A DNA stretch of 64,000 nucleotides from Fimbriosthenelais zetlandica (taxonomy: Eukaryota): assembly GCA_977030845.1 (NCBI GenBank), contig OZ365113.1:31186001-31250000 (forward strand), written 5' to 3'. A program made the translations under genes and the position numbers. A model generated the notes under the pieces. That model did no database searches. It was not told the origin of the DNA and saw only the letters and a list, made by a program, of their open reading frames with translations. Shown here piece after piece: positions 39,498 through 52,006 of the stretch (positions are counted from its first letter, which is position 1; every line of letters begins with the position of its first letter).

Positions 39498-41001
39498 CTA
39501 AATTGCCAGTCACCTAGCTATTCCCTCATTCTCCCATCACACTGTATACTATATTGCAATTTCTATCTCTCAAACTCTGTTACATTTCATTTGTCTCTCC
39601 CCTGCTCTCCAGTCAGATAAGAGACACTGTGATAGTCCCTTCCCTTCCTACTTCCCTTCCTATCAATTCCATCCACCCTCCACTCTTCCATGCACCTATT
39701 CAGATCCTCCCATATCTCTCCACCGACACTTTCCCTCCCAGTGTGTGTGCCTATCAGCCAATTAACAAGAGGCCTGAGTTAGAAGCCACACGATCACAGC
39801 CAACACAACACAAGACTAGATTCCGCGAGCAGCTCCCAGATAGGTCTCACAACGGTAAATCACCCAGCTGTTAAAACAAACCGCTGAGCAGTTGAGGCAG
39901 TTGGGGGGTCAGGGTCTGGACCCCAGGCCATGGAGCAGGACCGAGCAATATCTGAGCTGAACAACACCCATCTGGCTGGCTGATGGGGCTGTATAGGGCA
40001 GTGACCCTAGATAACCGATACAGGAGGATTATAGAGACCCGTGACAAGTCTAACCACCTACTACTACTACAGATAACAGCTGATGATACCCGCTCCCTGG
40101 TCCAGGTGTGAAGCAAATCTCGAGGTATTTCCCCCAACATAAAAGTCACTGATATGTCGGTATCGTTCAGGTTAAAAACATTGATCCATACTGAGTTCTG
40201 TAGGATAAATAGCAAGGAGTTTCAGAATGGAAATCAAACGCACTTATAATCAATTTAACAACCGCAACACATCCAAGATACCCATGGATATTTTTAAATA
40301 ATGGGTGGTAGGGGTGATTAAATGTTAATTTTCATTATTACTAACCACCATGTATATCAGAACCAATGAAAGAATTGATGAATTACACCATACCATCAAT
40401 GGTACTAATTCCACCATATACTTTGTCTCCTTTGATTACAGACCAGAAATGACTTCCAGAACAAAGAAAAATTGTTCATTTCTCCCTCGTTAAAAGGACC
40501 TTGGGCACGTCGAGTGACCTCTCTGCTCTAATCAAACACACCTCATCCTATCAGAGGAAAATAAGCCGGGGGGAGTACATACCTATGCTTGGCCTATCAG
40601 ACAGCATCATCTGCTCACGTGATGCACAACACATGTTCATGAGCCACTCTGGCCACTATTTATAACATTTCTCTCCTTCCCATACAGTTCCTTACTTTCC
40701 TCTTGACCTAAATTTGAGGGCCCATCAAATGCTTTATGCACGACCTTATAAGTATAAAGAAAGGCTATAGGGGCGGGGACGACTGTCTATTCTACCATTC
40801 TGTTTTTCATTTCCTCCACTGTTCAGATGGGGTCGCTAATGGAGCCCGCCATGTGGGGTGAGAGATGGGGGTGTTGTTTGCAATATTCTTTTCGATCATG
40901 AACATTAAGGAAGTCAGTGTGTCTTTTAACTTGTGTTGTAACAACTTCTGTGTCCCATGAGTATTTAAGACTGTAATGGCTATGCCATATCTTATCCCAA
41001 A

Positions 41002-41221
41002 GACAAGCAATCTACATGAATACAGTAATGGCCACGCCAGTGACAAGTAATTTATATGAATACAGTAATGGCCACGCCAGTGACAAGCCAATTTATATGA
41101 ATACAGTAATGGCCACGCCAATGACAAGCGATTTATATGAATACAGTAATGGCCACGCCAGTGAATACAGTAATGACCAGGGACAAGCAATCGAAATGAA
41201 TACAGTAATGGCAGCGCCAGA
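41002..41221 (+). repeat. minisatellite, 40-41-bp unit, ~5.5 copies
   Basis: Unit GACAAGTAATTTATATGAATACAGTAATGGCCACGCCAGT at 41002, 41042, 41082 and 41123, a partial copy at 41163 and a diverged copy at 41182. Confidence 0.95.
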
Positions 41222-44200
41222 TACAGGAAATTTAAAATTGACCGTTATGCCTAGGCTATATGCAGATTTAAAGTTGGTATTGAGTAAAGAATTGAGAAAG
41301 TATCCTTTATAGGACATTCATGATTCCTTCAAGAAGGTCATGTGCGACTATTTAGTCAACAAACAAGACGGTTAGACATTAGCCACCGCAGATAACGCCT
41401 CCAGCCTGTATCTAAAGTTGCATGCACCTCCTCACCTTGGCCAACTTTTCATGAAAGTCAAACATGAAACAATGGCACGGTACCACCAAGCAACCAGCAG
41501 ATCGCATTACAAGCCTATAACCAATAGGGAAAAAACCTCAATGCCTACAAAAAGCTAGTCCTATTGACATATGAGGTGGGAGAGTGGGAGGGGGTGGGAT
41601 CTGTGGGTCGGGAGATCGGGTTAGGGTTGATGGCTGGAAAGAATCTTTTTACCACCAGACGACATTTAGCCACGATGTGCCCGCCATACCTGTTGAACTG
41701 AGCCGAGATGACACAGAAGAAGGCAGGGAATTTGCACACAAAAACGAGATGAACAACAAAGGGCAAGATTTCTTTTGTAGCACCTGCATGGGGGAGTGGG
41801 GTTGGGTGGGGGTTGAGGCGGGGGGGTGCAGGAAGAGAGAGTGGAAGGTATAGAGGGGTAAGAGAAGTAGGTATAAGGCGGTCCGATCTGATGTCTCGGT
41901 TTCTTTGTAATTTGGATCCCGCCTTTAGTATTTCTTTGTTATTTTGGCCTGGATTGGAGGGACTAGTGAACAGGATGGGCGTGCGGGAGAGGAGCTGTAG
42001 GGCTGCCTTGGTTTTGTTTTGATAACCTGATCGCATTAGAAGCTGGGCCTTGAATAGCAGAGCTTGGCTTATCAAGAGTACTCCGACATCCACAGAGGTT
42101 ATACATGCCTCCAGAGAAAGGAATTAGTCCAAACAGTCGACTTAAACATCAAGTCTTAGTTATTACTATAGAAATTCTTTCCCAAAAGGATGGGTATGAT
42201 AAAGGTTTTCGTTATCGAATCGAGTAGTAGTTATTCGATGTATGACAAAGGGATTAATATCCAAAAAGGGACGAAATGATCTCAACAACAAAAAGTATTT
42301 CAACGACACAAATGGGAAAAAAATCGCAAAGTGAAATTTCTGATTAATTTAAACGTAATAATAATAATAATAAAACATATTAATTTCAAATCAAATAATG
42401 TCCAAAGATGTAAAAACAGAATAAATCATACAATTTTGCGGTTTGGTGTTTCTCTCGTGACTTCTATTCAGGCTGCAGTTCAAGAGTCCAAATCCTGCAT
42501 GCAATAAGAGACATAACAAATTAGATTCATCAAAAGAGTTGATTGCCTTTTTTTAATTTGAAATTAAATACATTTAGGAAAACCCTTAAATGCCAAGAAA
42601 AAACTAAGTGATATGAGGAGGAAAAACGTTATTGGGTTGATTGTACAAAAAACAGAGCTCCACGCTGTGGCTTCAGTTTGATCCCAAAGCTTATAGGCGT
42701 GCCATACATAGTAGAAGTATATCCTTTTTAATCACTGTAATAGAGAAAATTGTATGGTTAATCCCAATTGACAAGCATAAAAGCCATCATGCACGCTGCA
42801 GTGGGGAGGGATAAGGCAAAGCTTTAATGACTCAACCCACCAATGTGAGGAAGGTCCTCCACCCATCCGACATTGTATTAATATCAACTCCATGCCTTCA
42901 CTAATTACATTCGTTCTATACGCTTCATTTTTCATCCAGCCATGCTATCGTATAAGCGCTTCGGATGGATAATTAAGATAAAACCGTCTCTAAGGAGAAA
43001 CCCACACAGACAGAGGGAGAAAAAAAATGGGATGGTCCTCGTGATGAAAAAAAGACCTCCGATTAACAGATAGATCTCATCACACGAAAAAAGTCCATTT
43101 AATGCAGACATGATTTGAGATAAAGGTTGGAAATGGCAACCTTTCTATAGCCGGAGCGCCTCTCCCATTTAAATACCTCATGTTTACATGTTTTGCCTCC
43201 TCTCCGTGGTTTCGGCCGATGCCAAAAATTATATTTTGATTGTTTGACTGTCGATATTTATACTTTTTAATGGTGAATCCCGTCCTGCATTATGATCTCT
43301 ACTATATAAATTGTGTGCTATAAAATTTTTGACTTTTGGTGCTTTTATACCTTTTTCTCACATGTATACACTTGTGTCAAATTCACCACCTGAATGGGAA
43401 AAGTTTAGAAACTTTTAATGACAATTTTGTTGAAACTGATGAGTGGTGTCTGAAGCATGGGTAATTAGAATATTCAATAGCCCATGCATCTTTCGTGCCT
43501 CCATCTCCCACGCCTCGCCACAAAATGGGACACAATGAGATATTTAATGTTAGTGCCCCGCCCAAAGTTTCATACATAAATCGAAATGAATAACATTCCG
43601 ACGATATCTAGATCTATATACTCTATCATTTACTCAATACCCCATGCCGGGAATTAGGAATAATGTTTCGGCGGATTCTACATCATGAGATCTATTTCAC
43701 AGCAAGGGAAACTACAATATCTGGGTAATCAGTCAGAATTTGCAAATATTAATTCCTAAAATAGCAGAATCACGAGCATATATTCCAACAAACAATATGT
43801 TTGATGGTATATCAATATTTATCAGCTGTCCATTATAACATATATAGTCAATTAATCTAATGTTAATCCATAACCATTTCACCTATACAAATCAATGTAT
43901 GTTTCAGTATTCATGTGTTTATACATAGACATGTTCTTCAACAAAGAATAATGTATATTTGAATATTTTAGTAATTAATTCTTGTCTATGAAAGGAACTA
44001 TATTTCTCAAATCCCGAAAGGCCTATTTATTCCACCTTATACCAGAATGAAGCAGCATCTTTGACCTCCCATATCTCCTATTTATTCTGTCATCAGAGGA
44101 AAGGTGCAACATTTGGCCTAATTGTCATCAATAGTGTATATACATAGATAGAAGCCAAGGGAAATCTAGAAGGAATAATGCATAAAGGAATGCATCTGCC

Positions 44201-47200
44201 TAAAAGCATATGGTTCATTAATGTATCTACTGGAGGTCATTAATATCAAGATGGGAGGGGCATGCGCAGTGGAACCCTCTGATAGAGTGATAAGCACGGT
44301 ATGAAGTAAAAGAGAGGGGAGAGAGTGATCGGGGCACTCCGTATTCCAATATTAAAAGCACATGGGTACTTTTGCTGACAGCTAGGGTATTACCAACGGT
44401 TCACAGGGGCCCATCAATCAATGACAATTTCGGCAATTAGCAAAGAGGGCCAGGCCTGTTGAAAGTGAAATAACAGCGGGCAAAGAATTAATCTGCCCAG
44501 AGCCCAGGTCCAGTAAGTGGTAGGCCCGCTCCGTGATTAAAGGAACGCACTTAAAATGCATTTCCCTCCCGCGACATGGTACACATCGATCCCAAATCAG
44601 TTTGACACCTCGCCAAAGTGCGCATGCTCGCTGACCCTCAGAGGTCAGGTGAGCTGGTGGTGGCTTTGGTGGTGGGCGGAGGTTGGGTCCATTTTTCCTT
44701 ATTGTTTTCAGGGCGCAGCTGAGAAAGGCCCTCTCTCATTAAGTGACCCAACCGCCAGGCGGCTATAGTGTGCTGCTTCAATCTCATTGGCTACTCCCTT
44801 CAGATTAATGCAGATGGCTTTTATAATCTATTCATAACTGAAACCATTCTACATTGCTGATCCATTAGCCAAGTGGAACGACCAATTTGTCTTGGATATT
44901 TTTTTCGCCCACGATACTGGTGCTAGGTATATATATATACGCTCTGTGATAGGCCTACACTCACAAAATGTCGTCAGCTGCAGTGGGAAGTCATGGTGGC
45001 GAGTAGGGGTCTGGCAATGAGACTTTCACATGGCCAGGGAGATGCAATGTGGGTGGGATGGAAGGCTCTAAAGGGATTACTTGTTCCTGTACAAAATGAA
45101 ATAACCTAGGAGTTGATCCCACTAGCAATCCTGATCACGATACCAAATTAATATCAATGCTGCAGCATTATGAGAAAATCAAAATTAAGTGAAAACAATA
45201 TGATCATACGATGTACATTGACTATTAAAATACAATGTCCTGTTGGGAAAATAGGGGCGAAAATAAATGTTTTTCCAAATTGAAGTGGATAACATTTGAT
45301 GTTTATCTGGTTTTAAAGACGAGTTGGGGAGGGGCAACGAACGGATGATAATCATGAAGCTAGGACACACTAATCAGATAGGCTGATGTGTACTTTTCCC
45401 GTTGGATACAATAGGAAAATATGGAAGCTGACTATGGGATTAGTGTGCGCCCAGCTTAAGTGACCAAACGTCAAACAATCTGTTGTACAGTGGATCAGTG
45501 GTATTATGAGAGACTGGGAAACGCTCTCATCAACATAGCACCGGGTTATCTTTTCCAATCAGGCCGCCACAAGGCATGAGACTTAATGTAATCTGCATGG
45601 CAAACTCCCAGGAGAAAGAAGCAGATTAATGAAATTAATACTAACGGTCTGCTCTGTATAATTCTGACTGCAAGTGACAGTGACAGTGATGGGAGTCGTC
45701 CTTGTGGTGTTTTCTCCCTCGCTCAGCCATAGCTTAGATCAGCACCTTGGCAAATAATCAATTATGCATGAAAACATAGTGAAAGATTAATCCCTCTTAA
45801 TAATGAATACTGATGGGCAAACTCGGAAAGACATCTGGAAAAAGTAATGTTCATTGCATAATGTCTCCATAACTAGGAACCCGAGGGATAAATATTGATC
45901 AATATCTGGAATAATACTTTTGAATATTCCCCTCCCTATTTATTCTCTCCATGGCCCAGTTAAGGATATACACAGCAGGTAGGATGAAGTCAAATATGGG
46001 AAAGGACTCATGTTTCCAAAGCATTAAATGATACCACAAAAGGGTAAACATGACTTGGTTTCCAAGGGAAGCATATTTTTGGGAGAAGCCTGTCTTCTCG
46101 CCCTAATGATATGACCAGGCCAAATGAGTGGGTCAGGAGGAGAGTAACCCCCCTGGGTCATTTCCCCGCTTTGTGAAGCATGCATTCTGTCGCCTCGCCT
46201 TAGCACTCCTCGGTCCTTTGAGGGGGGCCACACCTCGGGGAGTGAGGGGGGAGGGGGTTAGAGAGGGGGGAAGCCAAGGAGAAGCCATCTATAGCTTGGT
46301 TTCAGTACCAAGCACACGCCCGTGGCTTCCCCCTGACCCCGCCCCAAATCATGCGAAATAATTAACCAAACAGACATGCTTGCCGCCCGCGTTTTAGTCA
46401 TGAACTGGTCCTCCAAAGTGGTGACTTCTCTCACCTATCCTGTGCCACCAACACTCCCCACCACCACCCATACTTTTGTCACCACCCTTTTCCTATATGG
46501 AATCACAAAGTCGTCTCTCTCTTTTCTCTTTCTCTCTGGTGTTCTGCTCCTATAAGTGACTCAATACAAGCATTATGAGCAGCTCGGGCGCCAACATCAA
46601 AGGCGAGGCGATGTCCGGTGTGCCTTTTGTGTCTTTGCCTCTGTGGGCATGTATTTTAGGACGGCTGGCTGCTAATTATCATGATTATGACAGGCCAGAA
46701 TGTAGGAGCTCTGACGCCTATATGTACCAATGACGCTATACCCTTCGCCAAGACACTTTACACCGAAATAGTCCGGTACATTCCATTCTCAGCATTCTGC
46801 TTAACTGTAGCACAAAACTTAGAATTACCTGGAATGGGAAAAAGGCCTTTACCTCAAAGAGGGTCATGGGCAACTGGACTAAATTGGTGACCGGATTTTT
46901 AAATTTGAAATTTCACATTTTTTCACAGTTCCATTGCATGTATCATGTCCATATGAGATAATCAAAGTCTAAACTTTTGGGCAATTTGTGTCTTTCGCAA
47001 AGTAGTTGGATGGCGTTTCATGAAGTATAAATTGCTCCGGCACTAACTATAGTTGGAGCAGCTCACCCCCATCCCCCACACCCAACCCACCACTGTAATG
47101 AGCGCCTCAGAGCAGTAGCGGCCATGGCGCGAATGTTGAAGCCATTTTGAGCACACCACAGCACCCCTTTCATTATGAGGCCAATTCCACTCGCTGTCTG

Positions 47201-50200
47201 GGTCCAGCCTCCAGAAAAGAAAATGGAAATCAAACAAACATTAATATATCGATTTGGCCAGGGAGGGAGAAGGGTAGGAGGGGAGAGAGGGTTGATCCAA
47301 GCGCGAGACTCTGAGCCTTCGTCATGCTTGTCGCCCCCCACAGACAAACCTTCTCCAAGGAAGATTATTGTAACGCAGCTTTCACAAATGATGTTTTTGT
47401 TATATTTCGGCGCCAATAGTGCAAGCGGTCCCCACAGGGTCTCTGTCATAGAAGGAAGCGCCAACACTATAGTCCTTTTCATTTCTTTTCAGCACCAGCA
47501 GCAGACAAAGAAGTTTTCTTTTCGAGTTTGTCAAGATATTACTGAAGATTATTAAACATGAAATAAAAATACTTTGTATGCAAAACTGACATCTGTTACA
47601 ATTCAACATAATTTCAATGGTCATTGAAGACAAAGGGCATGAAAACAAGATCCAGTCATATGATGTAATTTGTAAGGGATCCATCCAAACTTAAGCCTTG
47701 AAACTTAGATTTCTTTCGAGCACGCTATCTGACTAAAGTATACATAGACAATGAAATGCAAGCTCAGATGTGGGCTGGGGAGCGCCATGACTCGAGCTAA
47801 TCACAGGTAATCAGGCACGAGTGGGGTCAATGGATCCTATAGGGAAAGCGGGGTGTGCAGGGTGGGGGCTCAAGCCCCTGCAACTACAATGCTCGTTACG
47901 CCAGCCACACAGTGGGTGTTGGGTGACAACAGCACCCGAAACCCTAGCCTGGCGCCACGCTTTAGGCCAATTAATAATTTTCGGCTCTGGGGGTATATCC
48001 ACACACAGTGGGGGAGCGTGGCGACTTATGCATATATATGGGAATGGGGGTGTGGGTGGGGGTGGGGGTGGGGGTGGGGTGGGGAAAGTGGAAGAGAAAG
48101 AAGTGAAGGGGGGTTTGCTTGCTTGCTTGCTGCCACCAGCGATTGCAGGCTGATCTTGTTTCGCCCTGTTCTGACTGGTGTCTGAGAAAATAATTGATGG
48201 CATGAGTTCCCATATAGGATGGGGGTGGACGCGCCCCCGACGCGGGATCAGCTCGCCAACGACTCACAGCGACTCGTACATTGTGATTCCCGCTATGTAT
48301 TGATGACATATTGATGGCTTGCTTTGTCTAGTCGGCCCTGCTCCTCCAAGGCAATTCTATACGGCTAGGCGATCCTGATATATAGAAATCTTGGCGTCAA
48401 TAATTTGAGAAGGGAGAGAGGGGAAGGACGAGGAGGAGAAGCAGGAAGTGGAAGGAGAGAAGGGTCTGGTGTGGGGGAGAGTTGGTATATTGGGGCGTTT
48501 TTGTGAGACTCGAAGGTATGTATATATGTTTATCATCCAAGGAAGTGAAATGAACTTTCATTCCTTCAGGGAATATTCAGAAAAAATATGGTCTTATAAT
48601 TGGCCTATATAGATAGAGAAATGTTTAAAAAAAATTAACACAACATTTTTTTTTTTTTAAACTCAAGGGTATATATGTTGGTATGTTCGATCTCCTGTCC
48701 CTTTATGAATGTGTCTATCAAACTCCACCTGTCTATCTATCCTCGTAACCTTATAACACCATCTCTGGCTTTGTCTCTCATTCTCTCTGACATGCTGCCT
48801 CTGTGTGTGTGTGTAACATAAGGTTTTATTTTGGTATTGTACTCCCTCCTTCCTCCCCCTCCCCTACCACCCACACCTCCCCACCCCCTCCACCACCCCC
48901 ACCCCCCGAGCGACAGGAGACCTTGATGAGAGAATATAGGTCACCTGCATGTTCATAGGAATGAACCCCGATATTAGTACATCACGTCAGTTGTCCTGCT
49001 GCTGACCTCTCGCTCCTGTCGCCCTCTGTTGGAGCAGTTTCATTAACAGCTGCTGACTCACCCATTAACACTTAACAAATCACTCTCCAATTATCACTTC
49101 AACACCAACACTTATCACTGACATTTTTTTGTAAAATATATATTTAAAAGAGAAATATATTTTTCTTCTTGTATCCATTTATCAATGGAATGAATTAAGC
49201 AATGGTGACGTAACCTTATATAATATAGGCCTATATTCATAAAGTTCCACGGAGTAGTTTATACGTAAAACCTATTATGAAATAAGTACTAATTCCCCAT
49301 TATCTTAGAGGCAATCAAGTTGAGATTATGGCTCTGGACTGCGGTATATACAAGTTACCATCTTCCATATACTACTATACCGTCGGGTAATACGGTACCC
49401 GAGTAAGTAGTATAGGAAATTGTCACAACTTATGAAATCGTATTTTCCTCACAAAGTTCGATTATCTAAATGACAGGACAGTGAACTGTCGATGACTCTA
49501 AAATGAATTATTTCCAGGAAGAAAGCTCTCAGAGAAAAATAGTTTTTTTCCAGGTAAGAAATTATTTCTGTCCAGAAAAAGAAACCACTGATGGTAGAAT
49601 GTTATGAAAATATCGAGCGGAGGAAGGAGAGACAAGGCTTCATTGGTAGACACTGGTCTGGACTTTAGTGGGGCTTTTTCTTTGGCGATAATTATGGTCA
49701 TGAACATTTTTGGCAGACCACCCAGTATTCCTTCCATTTATCTCGCCGTATATACCTGACTGAGTTTCATCTATGATCATATCATTTTTTGTGATAAAAG
49801 CAATCTTTTGTGCTCATATAATAATAAACTGTCTTTGGTGAAACAGACTGGGACAAGCTATGTGAGAGAGGGTTTTGACAATAGCCAGGAAGACTGTTCA
49901 GTGGAGGCTTGTCTCTGCCTCCAGCCGAAGCCTTAATCAGGTCCGATATCGTGCCTGTCTGTGGAGAAAAGACCAAGCCTCTGTCCTAATTATCGCTTGG
50001 TAATTAAGTTGACTGGAGGTGAAGCCAGCCGCCATCTTGGACAACTACCCCTGTCCACCAGAAGAGGGCAGGTCAGTCTGCCGAGCTGGAGCGCCTTATT
50101 AAGAGCTCCTCCCAGCCTTATTTCTGACGTCTCCCCATGTCAAACCACTACACAAGCCCTGATCATATCAGAGACTTGCTTAATTACACCAGATATTAGT

Positions 50201-51960
50201 TCGTATTATGAATGCAAATGAGTCCACATCCATCTCTTAAGCCTTATCATCAGCGGGTCCCTCTCTTTTTTCCCTTTCATGACTTGTGCCTGATCATATC
50301 CCAAAAGGACATGCAATCTTCTGTGGTAGAAAGTACCTTTGGCTGGAGGGGTGCTAGCATCTATAGATGATAATTAGGGTAATCATAACCATAAATATTC
50401 CCCTGGAAAAATCCATCTCATTTTTTTCCCTCTACTCCTTTTAAGATGTCGTCTGTGGCTTGGACTATGGCTAATGATATGTATATAAGCACTAATGGAA
50501 GGAAATGGTCTGAGGTCACAAATGGACGTTGGACCTGCTTAATACTACACTATCAAATGTATTACACAGCCTGCGCTTGGCCTTGGCCTCTTAAGGATCA
50601 AAACCCAAGGCAATACCCTATCACGCATCTCATTATTTATATCACAAAGCTGGCGAGGTAATTAATATGGTGTGTAGGGGGTTGGGGCGCCAGCAGAAGA
50701 AAGTCAATGAGGCTGGAACGCAAGGGCTTTGGCGCTGGTTGGTGGGCTATATAGGGGGGAGTGTGGGCTCGCCTTATGGATCTATATGATGTTGTGGCCT
50801 CCTTCCAGTTGTTTTGGATCTGGGTACTGGAGAACAGAGCCGTCTGATCAATCAACGCCTAAAAGGACAACCTGGCGCTTTATGTCTAAATGTCTCTATT
50901 GATTCCTTATGTTAATTAAGAAGGACATTTCAGCAGAGGGCAAAAACCTGGCACACTGATCACTAAAGAACTCCCAAAATAAGGATCCAATTCTCTTCTC
51001 ACACTCAAGCCAACTTTACCATTGTATAATTGGATGGGATTTTAGCAACAAAGAATGAGCGATTTGCTTCACAAGGATACGTCCTTGTATATGTATATAT
51101 CAAACTGGGACAATTGGGATAGGGGCGCTTGTCGAATCAGTGATCATTTCATATGGACTCAATTTGGCAATGTGACACTGCGAATGGCAGTTCTACTGTC
51201 ACCCAGCCACTTCCTCTGATCTTTGGATGTACCAAAATCTCCTCGGAAAATCTGATATTCCCAAAGCTGAGCATGGCCAAAGATTGACCTCAGCTCATAA
51301 TTACAGGACCTGTTTCTCAAGTTCAGGTATTCGGAATTTCTTATACACACAAAGCACTGAATAGATTCATCATTTCTGCACAGAAATTCACCTTCGATAT
51401 AGAAAATTATATTTCACAAGGAGCACTCTTTAACAAAATATAGATACTTAGATACTTGGCTATAGACTAGGGCCAACATTCATTTAAGCAGCACGTTGAC
51501 CATAGTCCCAAGGCACCAGTGGTTCCTTATTTATTCATCGACTACACATTAGTTTTCTGACCAGCACAATAGGTCCATAATTAGAGCCAATCTATTACCG
51601 TTAGCTGCGGCAGCAATATTAATATTAATGCCAGGGTGAAACTGAGAGGTGTGAAGGCTGCTTTTAACTCATAAAAATTATATAATTCAATGCAATCAAA
51701 ATATAGGTCAATAAACGCATAAAAAATACATTTATCAAGGAAAGCCCAAGGTCACTTGGGTGTAGTCTTTGGCAAATGTCCAAGACCTCCAAGAAATTCA
51801 GACAAAAAGTTTTCCACTTGGATGTAGGTTAAAAGTGGTCAGGTTCAATCAATGAGAATAAAACAACAAGTTAACAAGTCAAAATTAATTATGATTATGG
51901 AGTATTATAGATCAGATGGGACATCAGATGGGGCACTGACAGTCATTCCTATCGCGTATA

Positions 51961-52006
51961 GTTAAAGCCATATGGGGGTTAAAGCCATCTGGGGGTTAAA
52001 GCCATT
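51961..52006 (+). repeat. 17-bp tandem repeat x2.7
   Basis: GTTAAAGCCAT(A/C)TGGGG at 51961, 51978 and 51995 (partial). Confidence 0.9.

Noticed and set aside
41002-41221. 40-bp repeats considered as a CRISPR array
   Set aside because: Units are contiguous with no unique spacers, there are no cas genes and the context is eukaryotic.
41545-42093. 182-aa minus-strand ORF
   Set aside because: Non-ATG start, partly low-complexity Pro-rich sequence from G-rich DNA, no domain recognised.
45737-45756. TCAGCACCTTGG resembling a REST/RE1 site
   Set aside because: Right half (ACAG) is missing; half-site matches are common by chance.
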